Part shown: positions 28,237 through 38,251 of the stretch, piece after piece
Layout: the number at the start of each line of letters is the position of its first letter
Position numbering within the stretch: the stretch's first letter is position 1
Assembly: GCA_040766985.1 (NCBI GenBank)
Contig: JAXGPL010000008.1
Coordinates: forward strand, 49,978-113,977
Length of the DNA stretch: 64,000 nucleotides
Source: Bacillota bacterium
GTDB lineage: Bacteria; Bacillota; Sulfobacillia; JAUYEG01
Direction: 5' to 3'
The notes under the pieces: model-generated
The model's input: only the letters and a program-made list of their open reading frames with translations
Database searches by the model: none
What the model was told of the DNA's origin: nothing
Position numbers and translations under genes: made by a program

Positions 28237-28908
28237 CTAACGGACGTAGTTGAGGGCCCACTGGAACAGAAACAGGTGCAACTGCTCGTCAGCGATGATC
28301 CTGACGAGTAGTTGCCTTATATACGGGTCCTCGATCGCCCGGAAATGGCGCTCGTATTGGGCGATTGCTTCGCGTTCCGCCTCGATGTCGGCTTCGAGCT
28401 GCGCCCGGAAACCCTCCCGGTACTGCACGCGCCGTGCATCCCAGTAGGCACCCTCGCCGTCATAGAAGCGCGGGTCGCCGCCAAGCAGGCGGATGGTTTC
28501 GCCAAGGAGTTCAAGATGGCGCATCTCGACCACGCTGATGTCCTCGAGCATCCCGCCGATCCACGCAAGGCCGGCCGGCGCCACAAGGTGGTGATAGATG
28601 TACTGCGCCGCTGCGCTGAACTCGCTTACCCTGCCGGCGTAGTCCTCAAGCAGAAGGCGGGCGTAATCGGAGTTTCTGCCCTTGACCTGCGGCTCAGGGT
28701 ACGGACCGGGTGCGGCGACGCACAGGCGGCGCTCGGGACCGTGTTGAGATGCGGGCCCCGCCCGATACCTCAACTCCGGCTCGGGGAAATACGATGGCAC
28801 GCGCACGGATTGCCCGGGTCCGGCATCACCGCCGCCGGTGGCGGAGCTGGCTCCGCCGGCATCGAACATCGCGCCGGCGCCAGGCCCTTCTTCGCGCGAT
28901 GAAGTCAT
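28237..28908 (-). CDS. Ferritin-like / manganese-catalase-family protein (CotJC-like)
   Basis: LLLEDYAGRVSEFSAAAQYIYHHL and VVEMRHLELLGETI resemble the two metal-binding helices of CotJC/Mn-catalase. ATG 28908 lies 7 nt after GAGGGAG. Confidence 0.5.
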   Translation of the reverse strand: MTSSREEGPGAGAMFDAGGASSATGGGDAGPGQSVRVPSYFPEPELRYRAGPASQHGPERRLCVAAPGPYPEPQVKGRNSDYARLLLEDYAGRVSEFSAAAQYIYHHLVAPAGLAWIGGMLEDISVVEMRHLELLGETIRLLGGDPRFYDGEGAYWDARRVQYREGFRAQLEADIEAEREAIAQYERHFRAIEDPYIRQLLVRIIADEQLHLFLFQWALNYVR

Positions 28909-29019
28909 GGCGACACTCCCTCTCGAGACGGGCATGTCGGTCGCGCCCGTCGGACGGACCAGGCTATTCTATGCGCGTCCAGCCGGGCTCACCACGCAGG
29001 GACGGGCGTCGATCATGCT

Positions 29020-30303
29020 CTAGGCGTCGGAGCCCCCTCCCTCCAGCACCGCAGCCAGGGCGGCGAAGCGCTTGCCTTCGGGCAGGCTCGCCACAAACCC
29101 AAACCGCCTGCGCTCCTCGACGGCAGGCCGGGCCGCACGCGCTAGCCTATCCTCGCCGATCAGCATTGCACCGACCAGGACATCCTCGCGGAGGCGGAAC
29201 TTGGCGTAACGCCCCTTCGAGTCGTCACGGCGCGAGACTTCCACCGTCCCCGGGGCCGGGGCTTCCCCGAGGTCGCCCGCCTCGCCCACCGCGAAAACCG
29301 ACATACCGGCTACCTGAAGCAGGTTCTCTGGAACAACGGGCGCGTACGCTACCTGTCCGCCAGCAGCGTTGATCCCGGCAATCTTGCCCTGGGCCATGGC
29401 CTGAGGCCAGATCGCGTAATTGCCTGAGTGGTGGGACGCAACATCGCCGCAGGCAAACACCGCGGGGTCGCTCGTCGCCATACGGTCGTCGACCACCACA
29501 CCGCCACGATCGGTCTTGAGGCCTGCAGCTTGGGCTAGTTCGAGCCGCGGCCGGACTCCGGCGGCAACGACAAGCAGATCACACGGCAGCTGGCGGCCGT
29601 CCTTGAGCTGGATCGCCCGGAGAGGCATTTCAGGCGGTTCGGCGGCGGGGGCGGAGCCGGCCTTCGATAGGGCCGCGGCAACCTCCGTTCCCGTCAGAAC
29701 CTCGATGCCCGAACGTGCCAAGGCCGAGGCAAGCATCTCGCCCCCCTCGCGGTCCAGTTGGCGGCGGAGCAGCGAACCGCCTCGCTCAAGGACGATCACC
29801 TTAGGAACAACCGAGGCCAGCCCGTACGCAACCTCGAGGCCGAGCAGACCCCCTCCCGCGACCGCGGCGGCGCCGGCCTCGACGGCCCGCGCCCGGATGG
29901 CCATGGCGTCTGCAGCGCTCCGCAAGGCGGACACCCCGGGGCGCCCGCTACCCTCGATCGGCGGTATGAAGCTGCGGCTACCCGTGGCGAGAATGCATAC
30001 GTCGAAACCCACTGCGGAACCGTCCGCGAGCCGGGCCGTGCGGCCCGCGACATCGAGTTCCGTCACGGCCACCCCGCGCCGGACCGCGATTCCATTTGCA
30101 TCGTACCAGCCCTGGGGCCGCAGCCGGATCTTGTCGACCTCGATTCCCGTCGCCAGATCGTGGGAGAGCCTGACCCGGTAGTAAGCGTCGTATGGTTCAT
30201 CGCCAAAAAGCAAAACCCGGCTCTCGCCGTCCTGTCCCCGTGCAGCCCCGGCCGCGGTCAGCCCCGCGATGCCATGGCCGATTACGAGGACACGCCTGGT
30301 CAT
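29020..30303 (-). CDS. FAD-dependent pyridine-nucleotide-disulfide oxidoreductase, NAD(P)H:rubredoxin reductase-like
   Basis: Two Rossmann motifs ([31 protein letters not shown]). Translationally coupled (ATGA) to the upstream rubredoxin. Confidence 0.75.
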   Translation of the reverse strand: MTRRVLVIGHGIAGLTAAGAARGQDGESRVLLFGDEPYDAYYRVRLSHDLATGIEVDKIRLRPQGWYDANGIAVRRGVAVTELDVAGRTARLADGSAVGFDVCILATGSRSFIPPIEGSGRPGVSALRSAADAMAIRARAVEAGAAAVAGGGLLGLEVAYGLASVVPKVIVLERGGSLLRRQLDREGGEMLASALARSGIEVLTGTEVAAALSKAGSAPAAEPPEMPLRAIQLKDGRQLPCDLLVVAAGVRPRLELAQAAGLKTDRGGVVVDDRMATSDPAVFACGDVASHHSGNYAIWPQAMAQGKIAGINAAGGQVAYAPVVPENLLQVAGMSVFAVGEAGDLGEAPAPGTVEVSRRDDSKGRYAKFRLREDVLVGAMLIGEDRLARAARPAVEERRRFGFVASLPEGKRFAALAAVLEGGGSDA

Positions 30304-30461
30304 TTCTCTACCTCGAACGCCGACTTATCTGCGCCACAGACGGGGCAAACCCAGTCGTCAGGGAGTTTTTCGAACGGCGTACCCGCCGGAATCCCGGCCG
30401 GTTCGTCGCCCTCGGCAGGGTCGTAAACATAGCCGCAAACGGTGCAAACCCACTTCTCCAT
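30300..30461 (-). CDS. Rubredoxin (53 aa; below the ORF-track length cutoff)
   Basis: Manual translation gives [53 protein letters not shown], with the two CxxCG knuckles. GGAGGAG lies 7 nt upstream of the ATG. Confidence 0.9.
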   Translation of the reverse strand: MEKWVCTVCGYVYDPAEGDEPAGIPAGTPFEKLPDDWVCPVCGADKSAFEVEK

Positions 30462-30477
30462 TGGCCATCTCCTCCGT

Positions 30478-30506
30478 GCAGTTTATTAATAGTTGTTGAA
30501 GTTTCG
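30478..30506 (-). promoter_or_regulatory. AT-rich island with palindrome TATTAATA upstream of rubredoxin (candidate promoter and/or Fur-family-type operator)
   Basis: cagtttattaatagttgttgaagtttcgg is the only AT-rich stretch in the intergenic region. It sits about 20-45 nt upstream of the rubredoxin ATG. Confidence 0.35.
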
Positions 30507-30548
30507 GCGCCCCGCAGCAACATCCTGCAGTCACGCACAGGCTCCGAG

Positions 30549-30583
30549 ATCGGGTGTATCGCCGGCAAATCGGGTGTGTCGCC
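30549..30583. repeat. Two 15-nt direct repeats ATCGGGTGT(A/G)TCGCC spaced 20 nt start to start
   Basis: Located at 30549-30563 and 30569-30583 in the divergent rubredoxin/pyrG intergenic region, immediately upstream of the pyrG -35. Confidence 0.85.
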
Positions 30584-30585
30584 AG

Positions 30586-30615
30586 TTCTCAGCGCGGCTC
30601 CGGACATGCTATAAT
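30586..30615 (+). promoter_or_regulatory. pyrG sigma-A-type promoter
   Basis: TTCTCA, then an 18-nt spacer, then TGcTATAAT (extended -10, TATAAT at 30610-30615). Confidence 0.5.
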
Positions 30616-30639
30616 GTGCCTCGATAAGGGCAAGGTTGG

Positions 30640-30667
30640 GGCGCCGCCAGGCGCCGCTCTTGCTTAT
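30640..30667 (+). promoter_or_regulatory. pyrG leader hairpin (possible attenuator)
   Basis: GGCGCC-gcca-GGCGCC stem-loop followed by gCTCTTGCTTAT, lying between the promoter and the RBS. Confidence 0.3.
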
Positions 30668-30717
30668 GAGTACCGGCGGTGTCCGGACCTGCCCCCATAG
30701 GGGAGGTCTCTCACCAT

Positions 30718-32464
30718 ATGGCAGGTCCCGAGTTACTGGCACAACTGGCTGGCGCGACCAACGAGCACGAGTTCTACACCCCCATCCCCGAAGGATACCA
30801 ACCAGGCAAGACCAAGTACTTCATCGTCACCGGCAGTGTCATCTCCGGTCTCGGCAAAGGCATCTTCGCCTCTTCGCTCGGGTCGCTGCTCCAGGGCAGG
30901 GGCCTGAAGGTCGCCCCGGTCAAGTTCGACGGCTATCTCAATCAGGACGCCGGTACGCTCAACCCCTACCGCCACGGCGAGGTCTTCGTCCTCGACGACG
31001 GGACCGAGTGCGACATGGATCTCGGCAGCTACGAGCGGTTTCTCAATCAGGACCTGTCGGCCCGGAATTACCTAACCGGCGGCAGGGTGTTCGCGCGAGT
31101 CCTCAAGCGGGAGCGGCATGGGGACTACCTGGGCAGGGACGTCCAGTTCATCCCGCACGTCACCGGCGAGATCAAGAGCTTTCTGCGGCAACTCGCCCTG
31201 ACGTCGGGAGCCGATTTGGTAGTCGTCGAGGTCGGCGGCACGGTCGGCGACATCGAGAACGGCTACTTCCTCGAGGCGATGCGCGAGTTGCAGTACGAGG
31301 AAGGCTCCGTCAACGTGATGTTCGCGAGCGTGACCTATATCCTCCGGCCGCGTGTCCTTGGCGAGCAGAAGTCCAAGGCGGCGCAGCTCGGTATCCGCAC
31401 CCTGATGGCGCAAGGCATCCAGCCGGCGATGATCGCGTGCCGGGCCGACGAGCCGGTAACCGAGAAGGTCCGGGAGAAGATCTCGATTTACTCCAACGTA
31501 CCGCTGGGGCGGGTCGTCGGACTGCCCGACACGGAGTCGATATACATGGTCCCGGTCCTGCTCCACGAGGCGGGGCTGGATGATGCGGCAATTGATATGC
31601 TTGGCCTGCGCGAGCGGGTGGCCGCGGACGGCGAGGCGAGGCAGAACGAACTCGTGCGGTTCTGGCGCGACTTCGCGGGGCGGATCACCGGCCCGCGCAA
31701 GCGGCTGGAAGTGGCGATCACCGGCAAGTACACAGGCGTGCGGGATTCGTACGCCAGCATCATCAACGCCCTCGAACACGCGGGCGCCAAATTGGGCGGG
31801 CACGTCAACCTCCGGTGGATTGAAACCACCGAGATCACTGACGCAGAGCAGGCCGGCGAAGCCCTGGCTGGCGTGCACGGCATCCTCGTACCGGGCGGCT
31901 TCGGTTCGCGCGGGACCGAGGGCAAAATCGAGTGCATCCATTACGCGCGGATCCACGGTATTCCGTTCCTCGGGCTGTGCCTAGGTTTCCAACTGGCGGT
32001 AGTCGAGTTCGCTCGGGATGTGTGCGGCCTGGCGGGTGCTGCGTCGACGGAGTTCGCGCAGGAAGTCGCCCACCCGATCATCGACCTGCTCCCCGAGCAA
32101 AAGAAGCTCGAGGGCCTCGGCGGCAACATGCGGCTCGGCGGGCGATGGGTTGAGATCAAGCAGGTACAATTGCGCACCGGCTGTACGGCTCCGAACGGGT
32201 ACGTGAGCGCTTCCGTCACCGCTACGAGTGCAACCCGGGTACATCCAAACCATTGAGAAAAACGGCATGGTCTTCTCCGGCAAGGCCCCCGACTACCCCA
32301 TCATGCAGATTCTTGAGTTGCCCGAGCACCCTTACTTCGTGGGCACGCAGTTCCACCCTGAGTTGTTGTCAAGGCCGCAGCGGCCGCATCCATTGTTCAT
32401 GGGTTTCGTCGAAGCCTGCCTGCAGGCCGCTCCGGTCGGCTCGGAACGTCCAGACGTGGTCTAG
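30718..32464 (+). pseudogene. pyrG: CTP synthase, with two single-base frame breaks (about 32160 and about 32235)
   Basis: KYFIVTGSVISGLGKGI, LNPYRHGEVFVLDDG and GLCLGFQ are in the main frame. [26 protein letters not shown] is in a second frame. [14 protein letters not shown]...GTQFHPE is in a third. Both breaks sit at short C runs. Confidence 0.9.
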
Positions 32465-32491
32465 CGCAGATCGGCAGGGAAAGGTGGCGGC

Positions 32492-33316
32492 GTGAAGATG
32501 CAGCTTGAGGACATCGCCTGGCGCGAGGGGCGCGAGCTCGGAGAACGGCTCGACGGCAAGGTCGCGATCGTCACCGGCGGGGGCCGCGGTTTCGGCCGGG
32601 CGATTACGGTGCTGCTGGCAATGCGCGGCGCGGATGTGGCATGCTGTGACGTGCTTGACGAAGTCGATCACACTGCCGCCGAAGCCCGTGCGGCAGCTCC
32701 GGGTCGGCGGGTGCTTGCCGCGAAGGTAGACGTGGCCGACGAGGCGGCCGTCAAGGCATTTGTTGAGCGGGCCGGAGGGGAACTCGGTCCCGTCGACATC
32801 CTTGTCAACAACGCAGGCGGGACGATGGGTATCAAGCGCATGCCGATCGAGTCCGTCGAAACCGGCGACTGGCGTCGGATCTACGAGGTCAACCTGTTCG
32901 GGACGTTCTACTTTACCAGAGCCGTAGCCGCGGGGATGAAGGAGCGGCGGTCGGGCAAGATCGTCAACATCTCGTCGGGTGCAGGGCGCAGCCACAGCCG
33001 CACGGGGGTGCAGGCCTACGCGTCGGCCAAAGCGGGGTTGATCGGTTTCACGCGCCAAACGGCGGTCGAACTGGGCCCCTACAACATCAACGTCAACTCG
33101 GTGGCGCCAGGACTGGTTCTATCTACGGAGGAATACCGCGGCAACTGGGTGGGGCGCACAGAGAAGCAGCGCGAGGAGACCCTCGATTCAATAGCGTTGC
33201 GCCGGCTCGGCACGGTCGAGGATATCGCTGAGGCCGTCGCATTCCTGGTCAGTGAGCGTGCCCGGTACATCAGCGGACAGACCCTCGGCGTGGACGGCGG
33301 GCACTGGATGTTTTAG
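32492..33316 (+). CDS. SDR family oxidoreductase (FabG-like)
   Basis: VAIVTGGGRGFGRA, NNAG, SSGAGR...YASAKAG. Confidence 0.8.
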   Translation: MKMQLEDIAWREGRELGERLDGKVAIVTGGGRGFGRAITVLLAMRGADVACCDVLDEVDHTAAEARAAAPGRRVLAAKVDVADEAAVKAFVERAGGELGPVDILVNNAGGTMGIKRMPIESVETGDWRRIYEVNLFGTFYFTRAVAAGMKERRSGKIVNISSGAGRSHSRTGVQAYASAKAGLIGFTRQTAVELGPYNINVNSVAPGLVLSTEEYRGNWVGRTEKQREETLDSIALRRLGTVEDIAEAVAFLVSERARYISGQTLGVDGGHWMF

Positions 33317-33470
33317 GGATGGGGCGCCAAGGGACGCGGCGCCTCGCATGCCCTTAGCAAATCCTTCGACATCCCGATGCCGATGGAAGGAAATCCCAAT
33401 CCAGGACGCGAACCTCCCCCAAAGAACCAAATCCCCGCCTAGACGGATTCCTTGGGGGAGGAAGGGTGAC

Positions 33471-33818
33471 GTGCCAGTGAAGGCGCTCTCAGTCAAGCAA
33501 CCATGGGCCAACATGATCGCTTCGGGCGAGAAGACCATCGAGACCAGGACGTGGCCGACCGCCCACCGCGGCGAGATCCTGATCGTTTCGTCGCGCAGGC
33601 CATATATCGAGCCGGCAGGCATGGCCCTGGCCGTGACGACCATCGTCGACTGCCGGCCGATGACGCCGGAAGACGAGGCGGCGGCCCGTACCGCGCCTTA
33701 CGCAGGCGCGTATGCCTGGGTGTTGGCCAACACGCGCAGGATCAAGCCGTTCCCGGTCACCGGCCGCCTCGGCCTCTACGACGTCGAAGTTGACCCGGAC
33801 AGCATGGTCCCCGCCTAG
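33471..33818 (+). CDS. ASCH domain protein
   Basis: GTG 9 nt after [30 protein letters not shown]...RGEILIVSS is a typical ASCH/PUA-like N-terminus. Confidence 0.6.
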   Translation: MPVKALSVKQPWANMIASGEKTIETRTWPTAHRGEILIVSSRRPYIEPAGMALAVTTIVDCRPMTPEDEAAARTAPYAGAYAWVLANTRRIKPFPVTGRLGLYDVEVDPDSMVPA

Positions 33819-35061
33819 TCCCGCGCAACCACCATCGCAATGCCCATGCCGCCGCCGATGCACAGGCCGGCTAGGCCGAGGTGTACGTCACGGCGTTCCA
33901 TCTCGTGGAGCAGGGTTACGAGGATACGGGCACCGGACGCACCGATGGGATGACCAAGGGCGATGGCGCCGCCGTTGACGTTGACGATCGCGGGGTCAAA
34001 ACCGATTTCTCTGACAACAGCGAGCGACTGGACCGCAAATGCCTCGTTAAGCTCGGCAAGCTCGATCTGCTCAGGGCCGATCCCGGCGCGGCTGAGGGCC
34101 GTGGCCACGGCCCTAACCGGGCCGATCCCCATCACCGAGGGATCGACACCTGCGCTGGCGTAGGAGACGATTCTGGCCATCGCCTGGACACCCAGCTGCG
34201 TTGCAGCCTGACTGCTCATGACCACCACCGCCGCCGCGCCGTCGTTGATCCCGCTGGCGTTGCCGGCGGTTACGGTGCCGTCCTTTGTAAACGCGGGGCG
34301 GAGTCCTGCCAGGGCCGCGGCGGTTGTCCCGAACCGGGGGTGCTCGTCGCGGTCAAAGGACACGGGCGGCCCCTTGCGCTGGGGGACCATGACCGGGACG
34401 ATTTCGCGCGCAAATCGCCCGGCCTCGATTGCCTCCTGGGCGCGGTGCTGGCTGGTCACAGCGTAAGCGTCCTGCTCCTCGCGCGATATCGAGTACTTGG
34501 CGGCAAGGTTCTCTGCCGTGAGACCCATGTGCACGTCGGTGAGGCCGCACCATAGGCCGTCCTTGACCATGGAGTCGACGAGTTCGCCGTTGCCCAGCCG
34601 ATAGCCGGTACGGGCCTTTTGGAGCAGGTACGGGGCCTGACTCATGGCCTCCATGCCGCCTGCCACGACCACCGACGCGTCGCCAAGAAGCACGGCCTGC
34701 GCGGCCATAACGACGGACTTGAGGCCCGAGCCGCAGACCTTGTTGACGGTGGTCGCGGGCACGCCCACGGGCAGGCCTGCGGCGCGGGCGGCCAGGCGGG
34801 CGCCCTGGCCCTGGCCGGCGGTCAGGATGTTGCCCATGATCACTTCATCAACAGCGTCCGGGCTGAGGCCGGAGCGCCGGAGGTTTCCTTGATCACCACC
34901 TCGCCGAGACGCCAGGCGGGGAAGGATGCGAGGCCGCCACCGAATGTGCCGATCGCCGTGCGGCAGGCACCCGCGATCACCGGTTGCCTGAGCTCCGCGA
35001 GGTCCGGCCGGAGGCCGGCGCGTGCTCCGATGGTTGAAGCTGTCGGACCGTGGTTGGACAT
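33815..35061 (-). pseudogene. Acetyl-CoA C-acetyltransferase (thiolase), with one frame break near 34882
   Basis: The N-terminus ([16 protein letters not shown]) is in the 73-aa ORF, with ATG 35061 lying 8 nt after GGAGG. The rest is in the 451-aa ORF ([12 protein letters not shown] active-site Cys, [24 protein letters not shown]). Confidence 0.85.
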
Positions 35062-35108
35062 CTACTACACCTCCATGGCGCCAGCGGCAGTCCCGCCAGT
35101 GCAATACC

Positions 35109-35888
35109 CTAGGCGCGGCCGATGATGTACCGCATGGGGTCGACCTCGTTGCGGAGCACCTGCAACTCATCGGCCGTCGGCGCGGCGGTCAGCCCAAGTT
35201 CACCGGCCCAGAGCAGTTCAAACCCGGTATTGGCGGCAACGTCTTCCCGCGTGATGCCGGGGTGCAGGCTCTCAACCTGCATACGGCACGAACCGGCGTC
35301 AAAGCCGATCACGCCCAGGTTGGTGATCACCTTGTAGGGGCCCGTGCCTGGCGGGAGCCCGGCAGACTCGCGCGCGCCCTTGCCCGTGAGATAGCCGGGG
35401 GTAGTGATGAAGTCCACGGTCTGCACGAACCGCCTCCGGTCCTGCGGCGTCATCATCATCGTGCGCCAGCACAGCGACGCCAGATCGTTGGCCCCGCCGG
35501 AGCCAGGCAGGCGGACCTTCGGCCGGTCGTGGCCGCCGATGACCGTGCTGTTGAGGTTGCCATACATGTCGACCTGGGCCCCGCCGAGGAAACAATAGTC
35601 GACCATTCCCCGCTGGCACATGCCCATGATCTCCGGCATGGTCGAGGCCGCGACACCACGGTAGAAGGTGCGCGAGTCGCCGACGGATATGGGCATCGAC
35701 GGCAGCAGGGGCCCCACCCCGCCGGCCTCAAACATGATCATCAGGTTGGGGGCGCTGACCTTCTGGGCCAGCATCGCTGCAGCGCACGGGGCACCGGTGC
35801 CGACAACGACAGTCGCGCCGTCCTCAAGATACCGCGAGGCAACGCAGATCATCAGCTCCATTGGGTTATAGGCCGGCCCCGGCATCAC
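35109..35888 (-). CDS. CoA-transferase subunit B (3-oxoacid/glutaconate type)
   Basis: [27 protein letters not shown]. Overlaps subunit A by 4 nt. Confidence 0.75.
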   Translation of the reverse strand: MMPGPAYNPMELMICVASRYLEDGATVVVGTGAPCAAAMLAQKVSAPNLMIMFEAGGVGPLLPSMPISVGDSRTFYRGVAASTMPEIMGMCQRGMVDYCFLGGAQVDMYGNLNSTVIGGHDRPKVRLPGSGGANDLASLCWRTMMMTPQDRRRFVQTVDFITTPGYLTGKGARESAGLPPGTGPYKVITNLGVIGFDAGSCRMQVESLHPGITREDVAANTGFELLWAGELGLTAAPTADELQVLRNEVDPMRYIIGRA

Positions 35889-36904
35889 GCATCGCTCCCT
35901 TCCGGTGCGGCAGCCCCTGGCGGCGCACCGCCGGCGGCCAGTTCCTGATCGATCATCAGCTCTTGCCGCCTGAGTTGCCGGAGGCGGTCAAGACCGCCGC
36001 ATAGCTCCAGATACTCCGCGAAATCCGCCGTCCCGTAGATGAACTTGGCCAAGAATTCGCGCAGGGCGACAGGGTCTTCTTCCGCGGTGAGCCACGCACG
36101 CAGGTGATCCTCATCGGAGAAGTATTCATACGGCATGTTGCCGGGGTAGCTCCCGTAGGGCACCTCCGAGACTGCGTCGACCAGGAAGTACGGGATAATG
36201 GTGCGCGCCGGGTCGCGGCGGATCTCGTCCGTGGGCACCAGCCGCTCGCACGTTATGATGACGTGCCTGGACGCCCGGGCGAGATCGCCGTCGGAAACCG
36301 ATATGCCGTCGATGTGGCAGTTGCCGTAGACGTCAGCCCTGTGGACGTGGATGATCGCCACATCCGGCGACAGAGCCGGCAGTGCGACAAGGGGCATGCC
36401 GGTGTAGGGACAGGTCACCTGCTTGGCTGCGGAGTACCGCATCGTGTCAGTCCCGAACATGATCCGCGCCGGCAGGTAAGGTACTCCCATGGCGGCCGCC
36501 TGGTAGCGCCATGCAAGCGCAGCGTTGGTCCACTCGGTCACGCTGAGCCTTCCGCTTTCAAACAACCGCCGCGCCGAGCGCGACAGGCCACGGGCTTCCA
36601 GGCCGACCACATACGCGACATCGACTCGGTCGATCGCCTCGCCGGCGGCAAGGATCTGAAAATCGTGGGTAGCGGTGTGTCCCGAGATGCCGAGCCCCTT
36701 GATGCCCTGGCGGAGGATCTCGTGCAGCGCCGCCGTCGGGATGCGGTTGGTGCCGAACCCGCCGACGCCGATGTAGCTGCCGCTTTGGACGAGCCTGCGG
36801 ACGGCCTCGCCGACCGAGGTCACCTTCGCCTCCATGCGCCGCGGCTTATTGCGCAGGAACTCCCGCATTGCGTCGATGTCCGGTTGTTGGTACAACTCCG
36901 GCAT
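35885..36904 (-). CDS. CoA-transferase subunit A
   Basis: ATG 36904 lies 6 nt after GGAGGGAGGGG. Motif SGSYIGVGGFGTNRIPTA. The upstream 56 aa of the ORF track was rejected. Confidence 0.75.
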   Translation of the reverse strand: MPELYQQPDIDAMREFLRNKPRRMEAKVTSVGEAVRRLVQSGSYIGVGGFGTNRIPTAALHEILRQGIKGLGISGHTATHDFQILAAGEAIDRVDVAYVVGLEARGLSRSARRLFESGRLSVTEWTNAALAWRYQAAAMGVPYLPARIMFGTDTMRYSAAKQVTCPYTGMPLVALPALSPDVAIIHVHRADVYGNCHIDGISVSDGDLARASRHVIITCERLVPTDEIRRDPARTIIPYFLVDAVSEVPYGSYPGNMPYEYFSDEDHLRAWLTAEEDPVALREFLAKFIYGTADFAEYLELCGGLDRLRQLRRQELMIDQELAAGGAPPGAAAPEGSDA

Positions 36905-37105
36905 GGGCGCCCCTCCCTCCATGTTTCTCCAGCGGGTTGTTCTCCTCCGGGAGCGGTCTTCCCTGTAATTCTCGATGTAGGCGGTCCGCCGCCGAAACCT
37001 GCAGGATGGCGGGGAGGAGAAACAGAACCCTCCACGCGGCAGCACCCGCCGAAAGGTGCTATTCCCGCGCAACAGTTTGAGGTGGGAAATTGAGGAGGTG
37101 CCCGT

Positions 37106-37885
37106 TTGAAGATCTTACCGTTCGCGGTTCATTCCGAACCGAGTATTTCGTACCCCGAGGCGCTGGAGGCCGCGGTCACCCTTTTGACCTTCGAGAGCAA
37201 GCGGGGCAAGGGCACTGGATTCATCCTGCGGAAGACAGAGGAGATCGCCTGGGTATCCCGGTTTTTGTGGCCGATGGCTGCATTCCCCGTCGACCTGCCG
37301 GACACCGGCGCGGCGGGCACCGGGGACGAGTACGCCGTGCCGGGGCGCAAACTGCTGTTCTTTGACCTGACCGGACTCACTTCGTCCAATATCCCCGTAT
37401 TTCACCCACGGGAGGGCCTGGAGCTGGCCGAGCAGGCGGCCGGGAGCGAGATGTCCGTCGCTGAGTACACCGCGCTCGTCGAGCGCTGCCGGGACTCCCT
37501 GCGCCAGGCGAAGCCGCCCCTCGCGGGAGCCCTGTCGGCCGTCAAAGGCCTGGTCAGGCGGGGATCCGGCGGCGAGGAGGTCACCGGTTTCCTATCCGGA
37601 CACCAACACATGAGCAAGGACCTGCTGACACACCTCGCTGAGCAGGAGCCGCCGGAGTGGTACGCCCCGGAACTGGCGAGATTGCTCACCACCGAGGACG
37701 CGGCTCGCGTGGCCGAGGAACTGGCTGACCGGATCCGGGCGTATCTCGCCCAGGCGTCGCGGACTGGAAGGGGTCCTGCTGCAACTCCAACAAGGAGCCG
37801 AGGTGTACCCGGCACAACTGCCGACCAGCGGGATCAGATCAGCATGAGCTATGCCGGCCAGATCGACGTGCCGGCCCGAAGTTGA
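37106..37885 (+). CDS. Hypothetical protein (no recognisable domain)
   Basis: TTG start 7 nt after GAGGAGG. 259-aa ORF. The last roughly 45 codons look frame-shifted or low in information. Confidence 0.5.
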   Translation: MKILPFAVHSEPSISYPEALEAAVTLLTFESKRGKGTGFILRKTEEIAWVSRFLWPMAAFPVDLPDTGAAGTGDEYAVPGRKLLFFDLTGLTSSNIPVFHPREGLELAEQAAGSEMSVAEYTALVERCRDSLRQAKPPLAGALSAVKGLVRRGSGGEEVTGFLSGHQHMSKDLLTHLAEQEPPEWYAPELARLLTTEDAARVAEELADRIRAYLAQASRTGRGPAATPTRSRGVPGTTADQRDQISMSYAGQIDVPARS

Positions 37886-37936
37886 CCGTAATATCAACGG
37901 CTTCAGAGGGCGCTCGAAGAGCGGCTCAACGGGATT

Positions 37937-38251
37937 ATGTCGCAGTACTCGACCACCTCGGCCGCCCAGGAGGCCGAGCTGAGCCGCGCTACGGCAGAGG
38001 AGGACCGGTTCCGGAGCATGGGTAAGGGCGCTGAGGCCCTCGCGGAGGCCTGCTGGGGCCGAACCGCCGATGCGCAGCGCAAGCTGGATGCCACCAACCG
38101 CGAACGCGACAATGCGATGCGCCAGGCCCGCGAGCACTTCCGGCAGATGATCGACCAGGAGAACGACAAGATCAACAGCCTGGTCAAGGCCCGCGACCGC
38201 GAGTTCGCCGTTCTCGACACGGCAGAGAAGAAGCGGATAACGCCTGCGTGA
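37937..38251 (+). CDS. Hypothetical coiled-coil protein (possibly a continuation of the previous ORF)
   Basis: Charged heptad-like sequence (AEEDRFRS...RKLDATNRERDNAMRQAREHFRQMIDQENDKINSLVKARDRE). Same frame as 37106-37885, interrupted by two stops. Confidence 0.4.
   Translation: MSQYSTTSAAQEAELSRATAEEDRFRSMGKGAEALAEACWGRTADAQRKLDATNRERDNAMRQAREHFRQMIDQENDKINSLVKARDREFAVLDTAEKKRITPA

Noticed and set aside
35062-35170. N-terminal extension of the thiolase ORF (33815-35170) and its first roughly 110 residues
   Set aside because: The true N-terminus, with the conserved RTAIGTFGG, lies in a different frame starting at ATG 35061. The 451-aa ORF is read-through upstream of a single-base frame break.
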